Positions 54,912-64,000 of a DNA stretch of 64,000 nt are shown in pieces. The notes under the pieces were generated by a model. The model was not told where the DNA came from, searched no databases, and saw only the letters and a list, made by a program, of their open reading frames with translations. Source of the stretch: Auanema rhodensis. Lineage: Eukaryota > Animalia > Nematoda. The stretch lies in the NCBI GenBank assembly GCA_964057225.1, contig OZ059900.1, forward strand, positions 7,068,001-7,132,000, given 5' to 3'. The translations under genes were made by a program, and so were the position numbers. Within the stretch, counting starts at the first letter, position 1. Every line of letters starts with the position of its first letter.

Positions 54912-55885
54912 TCAGCATTGACTCCTGGTTTTTTTCATTTCCACCGACAATTCTAACAAATATTCTATGCATTCCGTCCTGAAATATCTTAATAAAACAA
55001 AATAAATATCTCAGAACTCTTTACATAATCTTTGTTTCTTCCCATGACGGTCCCCAGACAAATAATCCGTGATTCCTTACGAGAACTGCACAAGTTCGAG
55101 GAGATTCATCCAACATTTTTTCTATTCCGGGCTGAAATGTGTATTTGAAATCAGAATGTTCCTCTGGCTAATCAACTTTCAGCTGAGATTCGCTTGGCAT
55201 GTTATCTATTATAGGGATTGATAATGTGTCAGTGTTTGTAAGCATTTTCCCTGTGAATGGGTCCCAAATACCTAAAATAGTCTAAATGAACATACAAGAA
55301 AAAATTAAAGATTAGAAACCTTTTAAATATTCTTGATCGGAGATCTCAAAAACATTTCCATCTGTTAGTTGTGTTATAAGATTTGCAGCTATAGAATGCG
55401 TATGAATAACACATGCACAACCTGTTATAAATCATCAATATCAGCCACACATTGAATTTGAAACCTGTGCCATTCATCAGTAAAGTAAAAATTACAGCAC
55501 AAGATGAAACGGTAATTTTAGGATTTTCTGCTGACTGTACAAGAGATTTATTTGTTACATTGTAAATGAAAATGTCCTCCCTAAATATTTTTTTATAGTT
55601 CGAAATAAAACGATAAAAATACTTTTTTAATCTTTCCTTCTGTAATGCAGATGGCGAAACATATAAAAGATCATCCACTAAGCATCCCATTGCCCCTCCT
55701 GATCCTTTCATCCATCCTAACGAGTAGAACTGTTTCATTAATGAAACGAAAAGCTCTAGGTTCATTTCCTGAAATTGTCTTTTTGAATTAAAAAAAAAAT
55801 TTTTTTTTGTTAATACCTCATGCTTACTGGAATCCGCATAGCTGGAGAGTCCTTTGAAATTTGAATCATTCAACAAATCTGACAT
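54912..55885 (-). CDS. APIP: Methylthioribulose-1-phosphate dehydratase (APIP/MtnB, class II aldolase fold, methionine salvage)
   Basis: [26 protein letters not shown], zinc-binding [46 protein letters not shown]. Confidence 0.93.
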
Positions 55886-57268
55886 TTTATTTTTAAGTTC
55901 CTTTTCTGAATTTAAAATTGTATTAGATACAGTACATTTGATAAACACATTTTCAATAACACGAAACTCTATAAACCGTTTAAAAAGCGTTATATATTAA
56001 CTTCGATATGAACTGCTCTTTTAAAACTTTAATTATATACGAAAAAAGGTGAGTTATAGCCGTTTATTGCAAAATAAATGTTCAACGCGCAGTTAATTAT
56101 GAAAAAGTTCAGAAAGAAAATCCATATCCCAGTAACAAGTTTATAATCAATAAATGATTTGTTAGTTAGATGTATTTGGTATTTAGAGATCACATATTTA
56201 ATTCAGCTGAAATCAATATGAAAGTTTTCATATCTGATCAAAGGATGAATACAACAATCGATTAAATCCCATTTCATCCATTCACACAGCTGTGTTGATA
56301 CAAATAAATATATTATATAGCATTAACAATAATATGACAATTATTTATATATATTTGAAACATAATTTATAAAGAATTTTTTCATTTACTTCCAATATAA
56401 TACAAAGCTTTTGCAATACAATTTCAATAATAATTATGTGACCAGATTAGACTCATGTTTTGAAATCAATAAGTTTTACTAATGGGTTGGAAAAAAATAA
56501 AACATTGCTGTTTCTTTTGGAACATTTTGGTGAAAATGGTTTAGAAAATTTTGACATGAACAGTGACTTTAGTCCTTGATTTCCAGAAATCGAAACTTTG
56601 TGCTCAAAAGTATATTTCGATTAAAAATAAGATAATTAAGAGTGCATCATTCAGTGACTTTAGTATTAGAAAAGCATATACAAAAAGCATTACTATTCAC
56701 AGAATGAAACAATCATGACAACGAGTGCGTAAAAGGGAAAAGTTCCTTAAATTCAATTGACCATGCAATCTCGGCATTATATTTTAATATGAATACTCGA
56801 GAATTTGTCAGTTGTTAGCTTGAACAAAGGATAGTGCGGACTCTATGTGCAATTAATAATCAAATTTTGATAAAAAAAATATAGATAAGACTATAATTAA
56901 ATCAATACAACGAATTATAATAATAATAGTGTTAATTATGGTTATAATTATACCTGAAACGTATATATATTTATAAATATATACATACAAACCATCTTTT
57001 CCATTTCTATGTATATTAAAGCGTTAACATAACATGCTTAACTCCTGGAACTATTAATAATTTTTTATAAGAATAACTTGGAGAACAAAATGAGTGCTAT
57101 TTTATACTTAAATATACGTTGACCGGAATATAAAGGGGTCGTGTCGAGGGATAAGATGAATAAGAGAAGATAAAGAAAAAATGAATAAAGGAGGATCTAT
57201 TTGACTAGAATATACAAGCAACCACAGGATAATTGTCCGATTCCCATTCCTCTCCCTTAAATTTTTGT

Positions 57269-60200
57269 TTAACGATTTCTTTTAGTGACAAGTCGACGTT
57301 CAGATTGGTCAACGTCAATAAGCGTTTCTTCACTAACTGACCGATCTGTTGGACAATGATCAGCCAATTCCTTGAAAAAAAAACATAAATGGCATCTTTG
57401 TTATGAAACCTTACCTTATAATGATGCAGCTGCTGTTTGATTGTGCTAATTTCATTTTGTTGATCTTGGACCACTTGCATAAGCGCTTTTAAATGGTTCA
57501 TGAGAGGTGCGGCAACTGCAGTCAACTAAAAAATAGCATTACAGCATGTAAATAGTTTATGTGAAAAGTTACTTCTGAACATGATACTGTTGGTTCATTT
57601 GGTGGAGGACCTTGATTTTCAGCTTCTCTTTTCTTGTATTGATTGATTCCTAATATTAACAATTAATTGATAATAACATGAATTGCTGATATTCACCATT
57701 GTTAATACTATCCAATAAACGATTTCCATGCACTATTGCAGACATTGCTAACTCTTTGCCATTTTTCTGTTTCAAATCAACAACGCTGAGACCGCTCAGC
57801 AACTCATTCAATTTTTCAAGCTCTTCAGTTTTCCCTTGCTGAGTGCCAGGTAACATTTGCGCAAGTATCGCTTGCTTGGACAGCAACGCCTTCAAATGAG
57901 TTCTTTAATTTTGATAAATAATAGAGAAACATACTTGGAAAATTACTTCATCACTCCGCTTTAATCGTTCTGATAATGTCATGACAGGCTCGGCGTGTTC
58001 GAGTGCTGTTGGTTGATGAATAATGATTTCTGATGCGTTGACAAGTTGAGGATGTGTTAATACATGCACTTTATCCGAATCATCCATGCTGTTAGCTGTT
58101 CGAACACCCAAATCAAACATGTATTGACTGTAAAAATATTAAAATTATTATTGAAACTTCTGTCTTCCTTACTCTCCAGCGTGAATTCTTAACTTTTTAT
58201 CGTGTTCAATCTGTTCAGATAGTATTCGGAACCATCTGAAAAATATTGCTAATTAATGTGGGGGAGAGGTAAAATTACGTTTTGCGTTCTGTTGCTGTAG
58301 GAGCTACTAATTCGAAAATTTGAGCACCAAACTGACTATTGTGGACTAAAAAAAAGGATCGTTTATCATTTGCCTTTTCCTTAGCAATCAGTGGAGCCAA
58401 TGGTAAAATTGGAGACCATTTTGTTTCTTTTGAAGGCTCCAGGAACTGAAATTACTTTTTTTTCAAATAAAAAACCAATATTACGTACTTTAAGAAGTAA
58501 TTTTGTGCCATCGCTGTGTCTAGTCATCATGACTAACATGGTCTCCAGCAGGACAACATGAAGTTCAGTAATTTTTCCACGGTTGAAACGGCAAGATAAT
58601 GGTCCCTCATGTACTAATTGATGTCTAAAAATAAGCTCTAAATTTGAACATTAGCCATATGTGACGTACTTGGATAAGTCCAGATATGAATAATCGTGAC
58701 TACCAAATTCTTTATCAAACGGTGTTGTATCGACGCGTGATTGAAGTTCTTGTAGCCTGCGCAGATTTTCGGCATTTCTCTTGGCAGAATTAACAGCCAT
58801 TAATATTTTTTTGGCAGCCGCGATTGCTCGTTGTATACAGTCGGATTCCTAAAAACTGGCCGAATGAACAAAACATATTTTTTCTCTGTGAACTGACATC
58901 ACTAGGCTCTTGGGTATATTTGGCAATTCCTTCGAGTAGTAGCGGGTATTTAACTAGGCGCTGCATTTCTACAGGAAGCATATCTTTTAATTGTAGTTTG
59001 CGACATATATTAAATGATTCTGCTACCATCAGAAAACGTACGAGCTTATCTTCGCGGTCTTTTTTGTTTCTGCGATACAGTATTGAAGTGGGTTATTTTT
59101 ATAATGACTTACTCCAATTTAGATCGAAGTAGCTGCAACGCATGCTGCTGGTGCTGGCAGAAAGCTGATGTAACCTGAATTTTTCTCTGATTTGTTTTTT
59201 TACAATTGCTCTAACCTGCATGAGCTTTTCACCATCTTCTCCATCAAAAATACTTTCTAGCAGAGGCCCAATAGAGCCATATAAACCATTGAGATTCGGA
59301 TCACGTTTAAACTAAAATGTCAAAAACTTTTTTTGGTTATAACTTATATTTGAATACCATTGTTAGAGCTTCCAACATTTTGTCATTGATACTTGAATGA
59401 ACTTGGATAACCTCTTCAAGATTTGAAAAAATCAATTGAGCCATTTCAGTAGAAATTATATTTTGTGACATCATTGGACGATAAAACACTTTCCAAAGAA
59501 TTTTCAAATTTCGAAGATGAGTTCTTTCAGTATGGAAAAGCTCATTAATAAAATCTTGACGCTTCTTTTCTTTAGGTTTCAAAAGTTTAACAACATCCCA
59601 TCCCAAAAGAGATTCTAGCGCAGGAGTCTCAGTTTCGACCAACATATCAACGTCATTGTCATCTAACATACGTTTCACAACGCGACGGAACTGAAAAAAG
59701 ATTATTCATTTTCGAAATCGTTAAAAAATACGTTACTTCCATATCTGTTGTACTAGAATGTGAAACACTTGAGCTGATACTCTCTAAGTCCATAGGCACT
59801 CGGGTCGTTTCAATAATTCTAAAAAACATCTGTCAGCTGTTAAACGAGCTCATTGCTCTTAACCTTGATTCAGAACGACCATCAACAGAACCAGCTACAC
59901 GATCTTCTTCGTCGTTTTCATCAGCAGGCAATAGGTCCATACCCCACCATGACTGATCACGTTTTGTTCTGTCTACTACTAACTTAGTAGAGCTACCTTG
60001 TGATGACTGAAATCGGAATTAAGTGAAAATTATCAATAATATTCAATTAAGATACCAATTGACTGCGTACGCTTTGAGATCGGCCGACAGTTGTCTTCTC
60101 GGTAACGTCAAGGCTACTGTCGTAAATAGTAGATTTGCTGGAGTCGTGACGAAGATCACTGTCAGACAGTTCAGATTTGGAAAGTAAACCAGGCTTTCGA

Positions 60201-63200
60201 GACTGGAACAGGCGTAAACATGACAGTTTGAACGGCATTTGACGGAATTTACCTTCGTAGTTTTATTTTTCTGTGTTGCTGGGTAACACGCATCACTAAG
60301 GGCGGATGTGCACATTAAATGTATTTTAACGTCGCAATCTATGTAGAAACAATTTAAAAACTGGTAAGCATCAGTTCGAATTATTAATATTCTCTATTAT
60401 TCCATGGTTACTTCTTTTTGGTTTACATTTCACAGCTTTTCCATGGTGATTTTGTATGCTTAAAATGAGAAAAAAACTTACTGGTACAGAAATAAACCCA
60501 TGGTTGCATTCCCCATACTGCATCACGACAATGGTAACAGTAATGAACTGTGTTCACGGTGTGTATTTGAAATATATGTCCTTTTACCTGAAAAAAAAGT
60601 TTTGCATTAAAGAGATATAACCCATTATAAAAGAGTCCTCACTTGAATCTTTGTCTTCGCAAAACCAGGTGGCTTACGCGGTTTTCCCGCCCGCTCCTTT
60701 TGCAAGAATTGTGGACATCTGTCAAGCAGTTTTTCCCAAGCAGATGTGGATGGCTTGCCCAAAAGAATCTAAATATATTTGAGTTTGGTTTGGAGATTCA
60801 CCACAGGTAATATGCTCACTCGAACTATTGTCGCTAAGCTAGCAGCAATTGATTGATGTCTAGCACTACAGGTCTCGAGATCCGGTGTTACCATGTTTTC
60901 CAGAGAACGAAAGATAAGTTGCTCACCAACCTGGAACACATGGGCATGTATATACATAGAAATCTTACTTTATCTAAGCAAATCAATGCTTACCCTTGTT
61001 TCCATTGCTTTATCATCTCTCACAAGATAAGCTAGCTGATTAACATCCACCACCATACCAACATCTAAATCCGGAAAGATTTAGTATTATTCCAAATAGA
61101 TCAGATAATAAGATCAAAGTAAAGCTTACCTGATTGTCTAGCCTCCCGAAACTCTTGCAAATCTTCATTAATATTTTGAACAGCTCTCTGTCGCCCAGGA
61201 ACAAAGGATCGCTTTAGCATTGTCACATCTGATTCAGACGTTTGCTCAGTAGTCATTGCCAATATCTAATAAATACGATATATCATGTCTCAATCCCAGT
61301 CAAGTACAAACGATTACTTTATCAATTGGCTGAATGATATTTTGATCAGTGTTTGGAATTGACATAGGGGAATTAGGTACAATGAAAGTGGTAAAGATTT
61401 CAAATGCCCATCGTCTGAAATCTCTGGTCGAGCCGTCGATCGTCTGGTATGTGTCCGTAATAAGATAATAGAACTGAAAATAAGTTAGACTTGATTACAG
61501 CAAATATATTACTTAATGTTTTCGAAAATTTCCAAATAAAATGGAGAAATAATTTGAACAAATATAATTATAAGGCTAATTTTCCAAATATACACAATGC
61601 TTTAGGATTTTGTGAAAAGAACGGATCTATGACTTTCTTAATGTCGTTCATGATATGAGCTTTAAATATTTGTATAAATAGGAAAAAAGATAATATACCA
61701 ATATCAAGTCAACATGAAAAACATTTCACTCTCTCAATCTAATAATCGCTTGAACTTATAACACATTGAATCTATCTTTTTATATAATGAACGAGTAAAT
61801 AACTTACTAAGCTACTTGGGTTCTTATTCATTAGCAAATATTTTATGAAGACAGCCAAATGAGCTGGATGTGTCTTGAGACTAGACAGATTGGAGAAAGG
61901 ATCAGAGCGCTCTTTCTGAAATTGTGTATATGAAAACTACAATTGAATTTTAATAAAAAATAAACACAAAAACATGAAAATTTAATTTATTAGCAATTTC
62001 ATTCTTTGTTTTTTCCAACAATAAAGAATTTTCTGACAGAATTGTTTTATTGAAAAGTATAAATCATTTACTTACCCCCATCCAAGATTCGTCATCCATA
62101 TCTTTTATTTTGCCAAAATGTTTCAAATGATCATCGACTCCCTATAAATTAATGTTTTAGCTTCTAACAAGTGAAACTGTTATAAAAATTAAATATATAA
62201 GAAGAAAAAAGATAAGCATTTTCGAAAAATCTTTAAAACTTCTCAAAAAAATTCAGTTCATTCAGAATAATTCGAGTTAAAAAAAAGTAATAATGAACTT
62301 GCTACACAACCTCAGTATGCTTTCGTGGTGTGTCGTCCGATAGAGCTACCAAATCTCTACGCCGTTTCTTCCAGTCATCAGATAACTAAATAAAGCAAGA
62401 CATGCTGATGTCGTAATGATTTGAGTCAAAGCCGATGGTTCAGACGTTTGACCCAATTAAGATTGAAAAAGTTTCTTACATGTTGGAGTTCACCGGAATC
62501 AACACTAGAATCTGCCGTTGTCATGCCAGTGGCAGGACTAGCAACACTACCAGATGATCCAAGCGCCGCTGTCGAAGCGTTACCAGCGACCTCGCCTTTA
62601 TTACCAATAATGCAAATAGGTGTTTTTCCTAGCAGGGTGAGCACAACATTTTGACCACCTCAAAAATTATAATAGAATTCATCATACAAAGGGAAATTAA
62701 AAAAAACTGAGACAACAAGATTCAACAACTTAACACAACTAAATATGGTTTGAAAATAAAATCTAGCAAGTTATGAGATATGCAAAAAAAATTTTTTTAA
62801 GTTGGCCAAAGAGTGGGTTGGGGGTGAAGATTCAATTTGGAGCGAATCAAGTCTAAAATGAAACTTTTTCTGGCGCCCAATCCGTATCATTAGTAGAGCA
62901 TAGAAAGAGGCAGTTCCGTTTAAATAGCTGAATAGCTTTTTTAGTATTGAAGCGTCGAAAGCATAATGTTAGCCACAATATATATATCTAGCGAGTTTCA
63001 AGCACAAACTTCTGAATCAGCAAAGAAGATGATAGATTAATGAGGACGAGTGAGTCGCCCTCAGCTGAATAATGCGATTCAAAGCAGTAAGTGGTACCCA
63101 AACATAACAAAAAGAAATGAAGTACCAACCAAGCACTAAGCTTCTAATCTTTGAACAAAATAAGAGATAAAGTCATTGAAAGAATTAGAAGAAGCTCATC

Positions 63201-63808
63201 TCGTTATTCACAATAAACTAATATTGAACACGCACATCTCAAGGATTCTATTTCCTGTTAGACCAAGAGGAAAAAACAAAATTACAAACCCGATATCATA
63301 CGAACTACATCCAACTGATTGCTCTGCGAGACGGGCATGCCATTAACCTATAAAATACAAATAATCATGTGAACCATCAACAACTTTTTAATGTTTTTTT
63401 TTCAATTTCATTGAATTATGAATTGTTTATTAGAAACCTTTAATATCAACCTTTAATATCCTATCGCCTTCACGCACACCAGCACAATAGGCTGGTCCAC
63501 TCTTACGAACTGTATCCACATAAAAAGGAATATCCCCAGTCACTGTGAAGCCATAACCATCTTGATTACGTTGCACAATCACACATCGTTCTGTCATTAC
63601 TTCACTACTTGTGCTGGCTGAAAAAAAAAGGTTAAGAAAAACTTTTATTCAAGATTAGCTGTTGTTCAAAATATATTTCATGAATACCTTTAATGTGCGG
63701 TGAAAGAGGTGGACTTGTACGTACAAGAGCAACATCTTGTACGATCTGACATCGATGTTCATCCAAACGAACAGGTGTGTTTGTTACAAATTCGTAGGCA
63801 CCTATCAT
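57269..63808 (-). CDS. rhgf-1: PDZ-RGS-C1-DH-PH RhoGEF (ARHGEF11/12-like). The 5' end could extend beyond the window
   Basis: PDZ (ERCVIVQRNQDGYGFTVTG...GVREGDRILK|VNG), RGS-like (RRWAFEIFTTFI), C1 (KGHIF...HYCYHCRDAVWG...HLMC), DH (KRQDFINELFHTERTH...LKDMLPVEMQRLVKYPLLLE), PH (LVHEGPL), and a C-terminal coiled coil. Stop TAA at 57271-57269. Confidence 0.93.
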
Positions 63809-64000
63809 AACTAGCTAGGAGTGCCTAGTGAACAGAGAAGCATTCCCCAGAACAGTTCGCTCTCACTAATGCACTGGAACACATAATAATGATTAAATTA
63901 ATTCAAAAAGTATTAAAATACAAGAATTGTACACAAAATTTGAAATTTTAAGAGAAGAAACGAACAAATTTCCGAAATTGAACAGACGTAAGAAAGAGGA

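Noticed and set aside
54903-54940. Possible homopolymer frameshift at the APIP C-terminus (KKTRSQC* versus [11 protein letters not shown])
   Set aside because: Lies outside the catalytic core and both endings are plausible; cannot be resolved without reads.
51565-63808. Four co-oriented minus-strand genes as an SL2 operon
   Set aside because: Stop-to-start gaps are ~0.8-1.4 kb, longer than typical operon spacing; cannot be supported without SL2 data.

Overview
AT-rich eukaryotic DNA with very short (about 36-55 nt) GT-AG introns and TTTCAG acceptors, typical of a rhabditid-type nematode. It is not prokaryotic, so most ORF-track entries are exon fragments or noise. Reading through introns gives nine intact or near-intact genes: a C2CD5-like C2-domain protein (+), FoxG/fkh-2 (+), a GT49 bgnt-1-like glycosyltransferase (-), an SLC49/FLVCR-like MFS transporter (-), GABA-B receptor subunit gbb-1 (+), two adjacent orphan genes (-), APIP/mtnB (-) and the PDZ-RGS-C1-DH-PH RhoGEF rhgf-1 (-). 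A roughly 17 kb gene-free interval separates the MFS gene from gbb-1. From recalled C. elegans orthologue locations, the region is probably X-linked. The most unusual object is a near-perfect palindrome of about 2.9 kb (3.4 kb with its outer extension) between the convergent 3' ends of gbb-1 and orphan gene A. Each arm carries a tRNA-like Pol III box A/box B module, and the centre is built from about 98-bp repeats. A 340-bp bulge in one arm holds a decayed, intron-less paralogue of the neighbouring orphan gene. Gene models were built by eye, so exon boundaries are approximate.
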